Source: Clostridium sp. CAG:710
GTDB taxonomy: Bacteria > Bacillota_I > Bacilli_A > RF39 > UBA660
DNA length: 64,000 bases
NCBI GenBank assembly: GCA_000432595.1
Contig: HF996865.1
Coordinates: 116-64,115 of the forward strand
Direction: 5' to 3'
The first letter of the stretch is position 1; each line of letters starts with the position of its first letter. Made by a program: the position numbers and the translations under genes. Positions 50,398 to 59,875 of this stretch are shown here, one piece after another. Below the pieces are notes generated by a model. It was not told the origin of the DNA, did no database searches, and saw nothing but the letters and a program-made list of their open reading frames with translations.

Positions 50398-52944
50398 CTA
50401 TATGTTCTCTTTTCTGATTGTTTCAATCATATTTTGCTTATTAATTTTATTCATTGAGTATTTCATTATCATATAGACCACTATAAAGACAAATAAAATA
50501 CAAATAAGAATTGCTTTATAAGGTAAAACAAATTGTGTATCAATTTTACCAGCAAAAGCTCTATGAACAAAGTATGATCCAATTATGCCTAGAATACTAC
50601 CATATATTAGTGACTTAGAAGAATAAAATAATGTCTCCAAATTAATCATATGATTAAATTCTTTTTTAGTCATACCAACACTTTTTAGCATTGCAAATTC
50701 TTTTTGCCTTAACTCCATATTTGAAGTAATTGTATTAAAGATATTAGTAACACCAATTAATGTAATAACACAAATAAATCCATATAAGAATATACTAATT
50801 ACAATTACTATAGATTTTTCTGCTTTTGCTTCTTCATCCATATCATAATAATTTAATTCATCATCCATATTTAAAATATTATTAGTTAACTGTTCCGTAT
50901 CTGATGAATCTATCATTAAGTCAGCACCATAATAATCAATATTATTAAAGTATTTATTATTTAATACTATATAACCACCATTTGAATAAACGTTTTCAAA
51001 TCCATAAGGCATTATATTACTAACCAAACCAATATCAATACTTATGTTATCTTCATTAAGAAGTTTAGAATCTATTGTATCACCTGATTTATAAGTATAT
51101 ATTCTATCCTCATATTCTTTTTTACTTTTATTATCATAAAATCTATACATATCAGTTAAGATACTTTTATCTTTTAAATAATCATAATTACCCTTGACTT
51201 TTTTCACATAAGATTTAAAAGTACTATCATCTAATAATATAATATTTAAGCGTGCATACTTTTTAATGCATTTATCATTTTTGTCATATTCACATTCCAA
51301 AGGCTCTTTTGGATTAATTTTAGAAATATCATCAATTAAAATACTTGGTTTAGCATAATATACTAAATAACTTGCATTTACACTATCTAAATTCCTTATT
51401 TCGTTTATTTCATCCATTGAACTATTATTATTAAAAGTTATTCTATAATTGTAGTCATAATTCTGATAATAATTACCAGATTGTTTAAAGCCTTCATTTA
51501 TGAAAGTAAACATCGAAATAAATACAAATATACTTACTGTTAAGGAAACAACTGTTGTACGATATTTTTTCTTACTTCTTTTTAAATTTTTATATGCTAG
51601 AACCCCACCTGTTTTAAATACATTTTTAATCAATTTTGGAGTTTTAAGTTTTTTAGAACTTATTTTAATGTCATTAGTATTTCTCAAATTATCAATTGGG
51701 CTTACTTTTGATGCTTTCTTTGCTGAGGATATTGCTGAAAAATAAATTGTAACAAAACCAAGTATTATAGAAATTATAATTGCTACAAACGATACTTTAA
51801 ATACCATTCCATCAATATTATTGAACAAGAAATCTCCTAAAAATAAGTTTACTATTTTTAAAAGTACAAATACAGCAATAATCCCACATATAATACCTAT
51901 TGGAATAGCAATCAACCCTAAGATAAATCCCTCAGTTAAAACACTCTTTTTAATTTGCTTTTTAGTTGCACCTACACTAGATAACATTCCATACATCCTC
52001 ATTTTCTCAGTTGTAGAAATAGCAAACGAGTTTCTTATACAAAATATACTTGTAAAAATAATAATAAATATTACAACTTCAGCAATAGATAGCAACATAC
52101 TAAATGTTGAATCAGAAAACTTTAATGCTTCCCATCTTAACAATTCATTATTAAGTGTATAATCATATCGAGGATTATTAATTCCCATATTAACAACTTC
52201 ATCGTAATTTCTAGCCCCTAATAATTCTACAAATGAATTTTTATCTCTAGGATTCTTTAAAGAAATAAAAACACTAAAATTATCTTTATTAGTTGAAGTT
52301 GTTATTGTAGTATAAGCAGGTGCAGACATAGGTTCAAAACTAACATCTGGTCTTTTTATAATACCAACAACTCTATATTTTTTTGTATTAGGATTTTTAA
52401 TTATTTCATTACCTTTATCAAATGGATTACTATCATTTAAAACATAATCATCTTCAAGTGTTACTCTATCTCCAACATTAACAGTTATTTCATCATCAAT
52501 TTTTAAATTAGCTTTACCATTTTTATTAAGATGTTCACTAATTATTATTTCATTATCATTTTTGGGAAATCTTCCCTTAATTAATTTGAATTCTAAATTA
52601 TTAAAAGCCTCTTTATTCATTCCATAAAATTTTAGATATGGTTTATACTCATTTTTAATTGTATCTAACTTTGCATATCCATCTTCAGATATTGTATAAA
52701 TATTATCAATATCTTTATTTAATTTTAGCCTCTTAAGTTTGTCATTAGATACATTATATAATCTAATATGCCAATAACCAGATTCATTAATTGCATTTTG
52801 AATTAGCGTTTCTCTAAAACTTGATACCATATTACTAACAGCGCATATTAAAGCAACTGATAAAATAATGCCTATTATCGTGCCCAGACTTCTTTTTTTA
52901 TTCAATTTCAAATTTTTTATAGTTAATTTATTAAGGATATTCAT
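50398..52944 (-). CDS. FtsX/MacB-type ABC transporter permease with two FtsX domains
   Basis: 848 aa. An N-terminal TM helix and a large extracytoplasmic domain, then two blocks of FtsX-like helices (~aa 280-400 and ~700-848). Confidence 0.88.
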   Translation of the reverse strand: MNILNKLTIKNLKLNKKRSLGTIIGIILSVALICAVSNMVSSFRETLIQNAINESGYWHIRLYNVSNDKLKRLKLNKDIDNIYTISEDGYAKLDTIKNEYKPYLKFYGMNKEAFNNLEFKLIKGRFPKNDNEIIISEHLNKNGKANLKIDDEITVNVGDRVTLEDDYVLNDSNPFDKGNEIIKNPNTKKYRVVGIIKRPDVSFEPMSAPAYTTITTSTNKDNFSVFISLKNPRDKNSFVELLGARNYDEVVNMGINNPRYDYTLNNELLRWEALKFSDSTFSMLLSIAEVVIFIIIFTSIFCIRNSFAISTTEKMRMYGMLSSVGATKKQIKKSVLTEGFILGLIAIPIGIICGIIAVFVLLKIVNLFLGDFLFNNIDGMVFKVSFVAIIISIILGFVTIYFSAISSAKKASKVSPIDNLRNTNDIKISSKKLKTPKLIKNVFKTGGVLAYKNLKRSKKKYRTTVVSLTVSIFVFISMFTFINEGFKQSGNYYQNYDYNYRITFNNNSSMDEINEIRNLDSVNASYLVYYAKPSILIDDISKINPKEPLECEYDKNDKCIKKYARLNIILLDDSTFKSYVKKVKGNYDYLKDKSILTDMYRFYDNKSKKEYEDRIYTYKSGDTIDSKLLNEDNISIDIGLVSNIMPYGFENVYSNGGYIVLNNKYFNNIDYYGADLMIDSSDTEQLTNNILNMDDELNYYDMDEEAKAEKSIVIVISIFLYGFICVITLIGVTNIFNTITSNMELRQKEFAMLKSVGMTKKEFNHMINLETLFYSSKSLIYGSILGIIGSYFVHRAFAGKIDTQFVLPYKAILICILFVFIVVYMIMKYSMNKINKQNMIETIRKENI

Positions 52945-52947
52945 ATT

Positions 52948-53619
52948 CTACATCCCCTTAACAATTCTTCCATCTTCTATTTTAATTATTCTATCAGCAC
53001 ATTTAGCAATTTCCATATTATGAGTAATCATTATAATAGTTTGTTTATATTCTTTATTAGATTTTTTAAGTAGCTCCATAATTTCATCACTAGACTTTGA
53101 ATCCAAGTTTCCAGTTGGTTCATCCGCTAGAATAATAGTTGGATTAGTTATCAAAGCTCTACCTATTGATGTTCTTTGTTGCTGACCGCCTGATAATTCA
53201 TTTGGTAAATGATCCTTCCTATTTTCTAACCCTAGTAATTTTATTAATTGATTTAAATATCCACTATCTGGTTTTCTATTATCTAAATCAAGAGGTAATG
53301 TAATATTCTCTACTACATTAAGTATAGGTATTAGATTATAAAATTGATAAATTAAACCTACCTGTCTTCTTCTAAATATAGCTAGTTTATCATCATCATA
53401 ATTGTAAATGTTTTTCCCATCAATAAAAACTTTACCAGAAGTCGGGCGATCCACCCCTCCAATTAAATGAAGTAATGTAGATTTACCTGAACCAGATGCA
53501 CCAACTATTGCGACAAATTCACCTTTTTCTACTGAAAATGATACATCATTAAGTGCAATAACTTTAGTTGTACCACTGCCATAAACTTTTGTAAGATTCT
53601 CTACTCTTAAAATTTCCAT
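52948..53619 (-). CDS. ABC transporter ATP-binding protein (MacB/LolD-like)
   Basis: Walker A GASGSGKST, Q-loop, signature LSGGQQQR, Walker B ILADEPTGNLD. Confidence 0.93.
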   Translation of the reverse strand: MEILRVENLTKVYGSGTTKVIALNDVSFSVEKGEFVAIVGASGSGKSTLLHLIGGVDRPTSGKVFIDGKNIYNYDDDKLAIFRRRQVGLIYQFYNLIPILNVVENITLPLDLDNRKPDSGYLNQLIKLLGLENRKDHLPNELSGGQQQRTSIGRALITNPTIILADEPTGNLDSKSSDEIMELLKKSNKEYKQTIIMITHNMEIAKCADRIIKIEDGRIVKGM

Positions 53620-53645
53620 ATACATTTCTCCCTTCTTACAACTTC

Positions 53646-53679
53646 ATTATATACTTTCAAAGTTACAACTAAGTTACAA
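53646..53679 (-). promoter_or_regulatory. candidate activator-dependent promoter with tandem response-regulator boxes
   Basis: On the minus strand: TTGTAACTT, 2 nt, TTGTAACTT (exact 9-bp direct repeat, 11-bp period; 53660-53668 and 53671-53679), then a perfect TATAAT at 53646-53651. No consensus -35. Confidence 0.5.
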
Positions 53680-53736
53680 AAGTAAATTTTAATTTAATTA
53701 TATCCTTTATTTACTATTATGAAAACAAATATACAT

Positions 53737-53766
53737 AATAAAAAGGCCAGTTTTACCTAGCCTTTT
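53737..53766 (-). terminator. terminator behind the relic ppdK 3' end
   Basis: On the minus strand: AAAAGGCTAG-GTAAAA-CTGGCCTTTT (10-bp stem, one mismatch) followed by TTATTAT. It lies 18 nt after the relic stop codon. Confidence 0.65.
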
Positions 53767-53781
53767 ATACTTCAAATATTA

Positions 53782-53811
53782 TTTTACTTTCCTGCTTTGA
53801 TTGCAGCTTGT
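53782..53811. repeat. direct repeat copy 1 (30 bp, 1 mismatch) duplicating the ppdK 3' end
   Basis: TTTTACTTTCCTGCTTTGATTGCAGCTTGT here versus TTTTATTTTCCTGCTTTGATTGCAGCTTGT at 55240-55269. The core 24 nt are identical. Confidence 0.9.
53784..53810 (-). pseudogene. relic 3' fragment of ppdK (QAAIKAGK-stop)
   Basis: The minus-strand reading CAA GCT GCA ATC AAA GCA GGA AAG TAA equals the last 8 codons plus stop of the intact ppdK at 55242, with one synonymous change. Confidence 0.6.
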
Positions 53812-53888
53812 ACCACAGTTTAGTTTGGGATGCTTTAATATTTTTTCCAACTAATTGACTTAATGTTTTTTTCTTTTAAATTTTTTGC

Positions 53889-53920
53889 AAAAAATAGGGC
53901 TCTATCCTAAAATAGACCCC
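53889..53920 (-). terminator. terminator after the Abi gene
   Basis: On the minus strand: GGGGTCTAT-N6-ATAGAGCCC (one G-G mismatch) followed by TATTTTTT. Confidence 0.55.
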
Positions 53921-53987
53921 TTACAAAAATGATTTAACATTTTTTCCTTGCACAGATAATATATCACAAATATTTTTCTATGTCAAA

Positions 53988-54980
53988 CTATTGTTCCAAA
54001 TTTTCTTTATAATTTTTCTCAATAATTTTATCGAAATAATTATATATGGATTTCAATAGTCCATTATTATTATAGTATTTTCCGTTTAAAATTATTCTTC
54101 CATAAAATAATTTTGTAATATCGTGTTTTACATTATTCTTTATGCCCTCACTACTTACTATAATATTAAACATATATAAAGTATAGGTAATTTGTCTTAT
54201 TCTAGAATTAGAAAGTTTAGTATTTCTGTTCTCTTTCCCAATGTCACAATCCTTTAAATAATTAATAACTAGCGTATCAACTCTATGTGTATTGTCTTTT
54301 TTGTCTAGATCACATAATACACAAGAATTATGAGCAACAGCATTTCTAAGTTTATTTACTTCTCTTAAAATAAATATATATTTATTGTCGTCTAAAATAT
54401 AATACTTAGTAAAGAAATCAAAGAAATTAATCAATTCACCAAATGTGATTATTTCAAGAAATTCCCAAATAGGTATATTTTCTATTTTAGTATCTTTATC
54501 TAAATCGTATTTAGAAAATATTTTTTGATAATACTCATTTGATACTTTTTTTCTAATGCTTTCATGCACTCTTTTAGGACGTTCCTTATCATTAAAATCT
54601 TTTTCCAAATATAAATTAACAATTTTATAACCATCTTCTTCTGATATTTCCTCAATAGTATTTAGTATTCTTATTTTTAAATAATGTTCTATATCAATTA
54701 TCATTTTAAATAATACTAGTCTAGTTCTATAGTCTATAATAGATAAATCTTTTAAATATGCAAAATCTAAATCTATATATTTTCCTTCAAGCTCACCACA
54801 TTGATATTTAACAAAATCATTTTTATATGATGTTACATTATAATAGTTATTATTTTCTTTTAAATATATTTCAGCATCCTGTTCTAAACAACATTCAAAT
54901 TTAATGTTTTTATTTTTCAAATAAGGAACCATATCAGATATTTTCATCATTGGACTTAATATCAAAGTTTTATTATTCAT
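53988..54980 (-). CDS. Abi_2 (AbiD/AbiF-like) abortive infection family protein
   Basis: 330 aa with the LRNAVAHNSCV motif (RNxxAHxxx) typical of Abi_2/AbiD-type proteins. Strong RBS GGAGGG. Confidence 0.7.
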   Translation of the reverse strand: MNNKTLILSPMMKISDMVPYLKNKNIKFECCLEQDAEIYLKENNNYYNVTSYKNDFVKYQCGELEGKYIDLDFAYLKDLSIIDYRTRLVLFKMIIDIEHYLKIRILNTIEEISEEDGYKIVNLYLEKDFNDKERPKRVHESIRKKVSNEYYQKIFSKYDLDKDTKIENIPIWEFLEIITFGELINFFDFFTKYYILDDNKYIFILREVNKLRNAVAHNSCVLCDLDKKDNTHRVDTLVINYLKDCDIGKENRNTKLSNSRIRQITYTLYMFNIIVSSEGIKNNVKHDITKLFYGRIILNGKYYNNNGLLKSIYNYFDKIIEKNYKENLEQ

Positions 54981-55056
54981 AATTACCCTCCTATTTGGAT
55001 TTTTAATAGATAATTATATTTTATCATAAATATTAATGGATTTTTACTTTAGACGC

Positions 55057-55097
55057 AAAAAAAGGCTGAGATTTACGACATAAAAGTCATCTCAGTC
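55057..55097 (-). terminator. terminator after the intact ppdK
   Basis: On the minus strand: GACTGAGAT-N16-ATCTCAGCC followed by a T7 run. Confidence 0.7.
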
Positions 55098-55239
55098 TTA
55101 AAATTATATATAAGCATCAAGAATAATAAGTGGTTTTTTAATGACTATATTTTTGCATTCAGGTATATCATTTCTATACCTCATAATATCGTCATTTATA
55201 ATAATTATATGAGTTAAAACACTTTATTCTCTTATCTAT

Positions 55240-55269
55240 TTTTATTTTCCTGCTTTGATTGCAGCTTGT
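55240..55269. repeat. direct repeat copy 2 (functional ppdK 3' end)
   Basis: See copy 1. Covers the last 8 codons and part of the ninth, the stop codon and 3 nt of flank. Confidence 0.9.
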
Positions 55270-57866
55270 GCAGCAGCAAGTCTAGCTATTGGAACTCTAA
55301 ATGGTGAACAAGATACATAATCAAGTCCAATCTTGTTACAGAATTCAACACTTGATGGATCTCCACCATGTTCTCCACAAATACCAATATGTAATTTTGG
55401 ATTAACTGGTTTTCCAAGTTTTACAGCAATTTCCATTAATTTTCCAACACCATCTTGATCAAGTTTAGCAAATGGATCATTTTCAAAAATCTTATTATCA
55501 TAGTAAGAATTTAAGAATTTACCAGCATCATCTCTTGAGAATCCAAATGTCATTTGAGTTAAGTCATTTGTACCGAAGCAGAAGAAGTCAGCTTCTTTAG
55601 CTATTTCATCAGCAGTTAAAGCAGCTCTTGGAATTTCTATCATAGTACCAACTTCGTATTCTAAGTCAATACCCGCAGCTTTAATTTCTGCATCAGCAGT
55701 TTCAACTACTACATTCTTAACAAATTTTAATTCTTTAACTTCACAAACAAGTGGAATCATTATTTCTGGTTTAATATTCCAATCTGGATGTGCTTTTTTA
55801 ACATTAATTGCAGCACGAATTACAGCTTTAGTTTGCATTTTAGCTATTTCTGGATAAGTTACAGCTAAACGACATCCTCTATGTCCCATCATTGGGTTAA
55901 ATTCATGTAAAGATGCAATTAAGTTTTTAATATATTCAACACTCTTACCTTGTGCATCAGCAAGTTTTTTGATATCAGCTTCTTCAGTTGGAACGAACTC
56001 ATGTAGAGGTGGATCCAAGAATCTTATTGTAACTGGATATCCTTCTAGTGCTTCATATAATTTTTCAAAGTCACCTTGTTGGTAAGGTAAAATCTTATCA
56101 AGGGCAGTTTCTCTTTCTTCAACACTGTCAGAACAAATCATTTCTCTAAATGCAGCAATTCTATCTGCTTCAAAGAACATATGCTCTGTACGGCAAAGAC
56201 CAATTCCTTCTGCACCAAGTTCTTTTGCTTTTTTAGCATCAGCAGGTGTATCAGCATTAGTTCTAACTTTTAATGTTCTGAATTTATCAGCCCATTCCAT
56301 AACTCTACCGAATTCTCCAGCAATTTTAGCATCAACTGTAGGAATAATTCCATCATATATATTACCAGTAGAACCATCTATTGAGATATAATCTCCTTCA
56401 TGATAAGTTTTACCAGCAAGAGTAAATTTCTTATTTTCTTCATCCATTGCGATATCCCCGCAACCAGATACACAGCAAGTACCCATACCACGAGCAACAA
56501 CAGCAGCGTGACTTGTCATTCCTCCACGAACAGTTAAGATACCTTGACTAGCTTTCATACCAGTAATATCTTCTGGAGAAGTTTCAAGTCTAACAAGTAC
56601 AACTTTTTCTCCTCTTTCATTCCATTTTTCTGCATCTTCTGCAGTAAATACGATTTTACCACAAGCAGCTCCTGGAGATGCTCCTAAACCTTTACCAGCA
56701 GGTACAGCTTTTTTAAGTGCAGCCCCATCAAATTGTGGATGTAGTAATGTGTCTAAGTTACGAGGATCAATCATAGCTACAGCTTCTTCCTCTGTTCTCA
56801 TACCTTCGTCAACTAAATCACAAGCAATTTTTAAAGCAGCTTGAGCTGTTCTTTTACCATTTCTTGTTTGTAACATATAAAGTTTACCATGTTCAACAGT
56901 AAATTCCATATCTTGCATATCTCTATAATGATTTTCAAGTGTTTCACAAACTTTTTTAAATTCTTTAAATGCTTCTGGAAATTTTTCTTCCATTTCAGCA
57001 ATATGCATTGGAGTTCTAACACCAGCAACAACGTCTTCACCTTGTGCGTTAGTTAAGAATTCTCCGAATAATCCTTTTTCTCCTGTTGCTGGGTCACGAG
57101 TAAATGCAACACCAGTACCACAGTCATCTCCCATGTTACCAAAAGCCATTGCTTGTACGTTTACAGCAGTTCCCCATGAATAAGGAATATCATTATCTCT
57201 TCTGTAAACATTAGCTCTTGGGTTATCCCATGAACGGAATACTGCTTTAATAGCACCCATTAATTGTTCTTTTGGATCAGTTGGGAAATCAGTTCCTATT
57301 TTTTCCTTATATTCAGCTTTGAACTTTCTAGCTAATTCTTTTAAATCATCAGCATCAAGTTCAATATCTTGGGTAACTCCTTTTTTAGTTTTCATCTCAT
57401 CAATAAGTTGTTCAAAATATTTTTTACCAACTTCCATAACTACATCAGAATACATTTGGATAAATCTTCTGTAGCAGTCCCAAGCCCAACGTGGATTATT
57501 TGATTTTTCAGCTATTACATTAACAACATCTTCATTAAGACCTAAGTTAAGAATAGTATCCATCATACCAGGCATAGATGCTCTAGCACCACTTCTTACA
57601 GAAACTAATAATGGATTTTCCTTATCTCCAAATTTCTTTCCTGTAATTTCTTCCATTTTTCCAATGTACTCATTAATTTGAGATTGAATTTCTTCATTAA
57701 TCTCTCTACCATCTTCATAGTATTGAGTACATGCTTCAGTAGTAATTGTAAAACCTTGAGGTACTGGTAAACCAATGTTAGTCATTTCTGCTAAGTTAGC
57801 ACCTTTACCACCAAGAAGGTTTCTCATATCAGCATTACCTTCACTGAATAAATATACATATTTCAT
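55242..57866 (-). CDS. ppdK: pyruvate, phosphate dikinase
   Basis: 874 aa. GGKGANLAEM, phosphohistidine region GGMTSHAAVVARG, and C-terminal PEP-utilising motifs (CRTEHMF, FFCFGTNDLTQ, GICGE). Confidence 0.97.
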   Translation of the reverse strand: MKYVYLFSEGNADMRNLLGGKGANLAEMTNIGLPVPQGFTITTEACTQYYEDGREINEEIQSQINEYIGKMEEITGKKFGDKENPLLVSVRSGARASMPGMMDTILNLGLNEDVVNVIAEKSNNPRWAWDCYRRFIQMYSDVVMEVGKKYFEQLIDEMKTKKGVTQDIELDADDLKELARKFKAEYKEKIGTDFPTDPKEQLMGAIKAVFRSWDNPRANVYRRDNDIPYSWGTAVNVQAMAFGNMGDDCGTGVAFTRDPATGEKGLFGEFLTNAQGEDVVAGVRTPMHIAEMEEKFPEAFKEFKKVCETLENHYRDMQDMEFTVEHGKLYMLQTRNGKRTAQAALKIACDLVDEGMRTEEEAVAMIDPRNLDTLLHPQFDGAALKKAVPAGKGLGASPGAACGKIVFTAEDAEKWNERGEKVVLVRLETSPEDITGMKASQGILTVRGGMTSHAAVVARGMGTCCVSGCGDIAMDEENKKFTLAGKTYHEGDYISIDGSTGNIYDGIIPTVDAKIAGEFGRVMEWADKFRTLKVRTNADTPADAKKAKELGAEGIGLCRTEHMFFEADRIAAFREMICSDSVEERETALDKILPYQQGDFEKLYEALEGYPVTIRFLDPPLHEFVPTEEADIKKLADAQGKSVEYIKNLIASLHEFNPMMGHRGCRLAVTYPEIAKMQTKAVIRAAINVKKAHPDWNIKPEIMIPLVCEVKELKFVKNVVVETADAEIKAAGIDLEYEVGTMIEIPRAALTADEIAKEADFFCFGTNDLTQMTFGFSRDDAGKFLNSYYDNKIFENDPFAKLDQDGVGKLMEIAVKLGKPVNPKLHIGICGEHGGDPSSVEFCNKIGLDYVSCSPFRVPIARLAAAQAAIKAGK

Positions 57867-57992
57867 GTCTATATCTTGCTCCTTCCTTAACGATATTTAT
57901 TATAACATAATTACATCTTACAATTAAAGGCTTTTTATTACTTTTTTTATGTCTTTTACGTATATTTAGTATAATTTTTACTAATAAAGAAA

Positions 57993-58445
57993 CTAATTAA
58001 GTATTGCAATTCCTAAATTTAAATAAAAAGCAAATATAATCCATAAAACATATGGTATTAAATAATTAGAAGCACTCTTATTAATTTGTCTAAACTTAAT
58101 AAAAGTTATAACGACACTCAAAATAAGCAAGGCAAGTATTACAACTGCAAAACTAAACATCCTAAATCTAAAAAAGATTATTGACCATATAAAATTTAAA
58201 AATAGTTGAACATAATACCAAACACATGCATTATTTAAAATATAGTTATCTTTCTTTATATAATAAAAAGATATACCCATAAGTAAATACAAAATTGGCC
58301 ATACAATCCCAAATACATATCCCGGTGGAGATAATGGAGGTTTAATAATAGAAGAATATAAATCAAAATTCCCACTAAATAATGCACTTACCCAACCACC
58401 TAATAATGGAAAAAATAAATAAAATAAATTTTTTCTCAATTTCAA
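57993..58445 (-). CDS. tspO: TspO/MBR family tryptophan-rich sensory protein
   Basis: 150 aa with five TM helices. Pattern IKPPLSPPGYVFGIVWPILYLLMG. TTG start preceded by GGTGAT. Confidence 0.8.
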   Translation of the reverse strand: MKLRKNLFYLFFPLLGGWVSALFSGNFDLYSSIIKPPLSPPGYVFGIVWPILYLLMGISFYYIKKDNYILNNACVWYYVQLFLNFIWSIIFFRFRMFSFAVVILALLILSVVITFIKFRQINKSASNYLIPYVLWIIFAFYLNLGIAILN

Positions 58446-58481
58446 ATATAATCACCCATTATTATTTATTCATTTGTAAAG

Positions 58482-58505
58482 AAAAAAGACTAGTTACCTA
58501 GTCTA
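58482..58505 (-). terminator. terminator after the 58515..59768 gene
   Basis: AGACTAG-TTAC-CTAGTCT hairpin followed by a T6 run on the minus strand. Confidence 0.7.
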
Positions 58506-58514
58506 AAATAAAAA

Positions 58515-59768
58515 TTAATTACAAAGTCCAAAAATACAATCACATGGATCATTACCAACACCAAAGTATTGAATAAAATCATCATTTTTTGTTAAAATTT
58601 TCTTAGTATCTGAATTAAAGCAAACCCTAACGCCACTATCTCCATTAGTAAAATATTCAAATCCCCATGTATTAAGTCCAGTATTATCGCCAAAATGTTC
58701 ACTATCACAAGAATTAAATACTTCACCTTGACTATTAATACTATAATTTTCCTTCCAAACGCCAATTTTTTGAGCAAAAGAATTGTTAAGACCTCTAATA
58801 TAAAGATAACCATTATAAATAGTTAAATAATATTCATTATTGTCAAACAATGTTTGAAAGTCACCAACTATCTTATATGAATTTAATTTTTTACCATTTG
58901 CATCATATAAACTTACACTATCTTTATTTTTATTCATTACATAAATACCATCTGAAGTAACATTGTAATAACTAGAAAAAATCTTCTTGAATTTCGAGTT
59001 ATATAATCCAGAATCAATATGATATACCACACCACTATTTGTATGGAATTTATCAACAAATTTTTCTCCAGATAAAGAATAAACCTTTTTACCAGAATCA
59101 ATATTAAAAATATATGTATTTGAATTTATTGGTTTTCCATCATTATATTCTTGTTTTATCGCAACAACTTCATTCTCATCTAAAATATGTAAATAGTCAT
59201 AATCATCATTAAACATTATCTTATCTGTCTTAAAATTATACATTCCAGCATTCTTATATTCTTCGTGTCTTATAAGACATGCTTCAGGAAAATCATCATC
59301 TTTAGGCTTTTCCTTATGTTCTTCTATATTATAAAAAACAATACCCACAATTTTATTATCCTTTGATAATCCTATCTCATAATTTTCATATTTATTATCT
59401 AAATTAATCTTATACACTCTACTATCAAGAGTACTATATATTTTAAGTCCATTATCATCATATAAAATGTATGGTTCTTTATTTAAAGAAGAAATAGGAA
59501 TAACTAAAAATTTAGCATCCTTACTCTCTGTAGGAATAGTAAATGCTGTATCGCAGTCAAAACACTTATTTTCAAAATAAGTATCGCCAGACTTATAAAG
59601 ATTAAGTGTATATGGATATCTAGATGTATCCACTGCCTTCTTAACTTCTTTTTTATTATTTTTTATAACTTTACTATTAGTTAAAAAATATATCAAAGGA
59701 GATACTATACACGCAATAAGTAAAACAACTAAAACCTCTAAAATTAAATTATTATTCTTTTTCATCAA
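58515..59768 (-). CDS. membrane-anchored hypothetical protein (probably extracytoplasmic, repeat-like beta-rich domain)
   Basis: N-terminal TM helix. Recurrent aromatic/Gly/Asn-rich segments. C-terminus GNDPCDCIFGLCN. Confidence 0.5.
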   Translation of the reverse strand: MMKKNNNLILEVLVVLLIACIVSPLIYFLTNSKVIKNNKKEVKKAVDTSRYPYTLNLYKSGDTYFENKCFDCDTAFTIPTESKDAKFLVIPISSLNKEPYILYDDNGLKIYSTLDSRVYKINLDNKYENYEIGLSKDNKIVGIVFYNIEEHKEKPKDDDFPEACLIRHEEYKNAGMYNFKTDKIMFNDDYDYLHILDENEVVAIKQEYNDGKPINSNTYIFNIDSGKKVYSLSGEKFVDKFHTNSGVVYHIDSGLYNSKFKKIFSSYYNVTSDGIYVMNKNKDSVSLYDANGKKLNSYKIVGDFQTLFDNNEYYLTIYNGYLYIRGLNNSFAQKIGVWKENYSINSQGEVFNSCDSEHFGDNTGLNTWGFEYFTNGDSGVRVCFNSDTKKILTKNDDFIQYFGVGNDPCDCIFGLCN

Positions 59769-59840
59769 ATCAAGCCTTTCTCTTACAACTTAATTATAAT
59801 ATATTGGTACAACAATTCCTAAAAGAATGTAAAGAATTTA

Positions 59841-59868
59841 AAAAACTTTACAAAAATTTGTAAAGTTT
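59841..59868 (-). terminator. terminator after aspS
   Basis: AAACTTTACA-N6-TGTAAAGTTT hairpin followed by T's on the minus strand. Confidence 0.7.
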
Positions 59869-59875
59869 CTATAAA

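Larger units (their letters stand above)
53782..55269. mobile_element. Abi-gene insertion cassette bounded by att-like direct repeats at the ppdK 3' end (no recombinase present)
   Basis: 30-bp direct repeats flank 1,428 bp that hold only an Abi_2-like gene with its own terminators. Similarity stops abruptly at 53811 and 55269. Confidence 0.5.

Noticed and set aside
55242-57866. Visibly higher GC content and distinct codon usage of ppdK relative to its neighbours, considered as a possible sign of horizontal transfer.
   Set aside because: The pattern fits a highly expressed glycolytic gene with strong codon bias. The boundaries coincide with the gene itself, not with an island.
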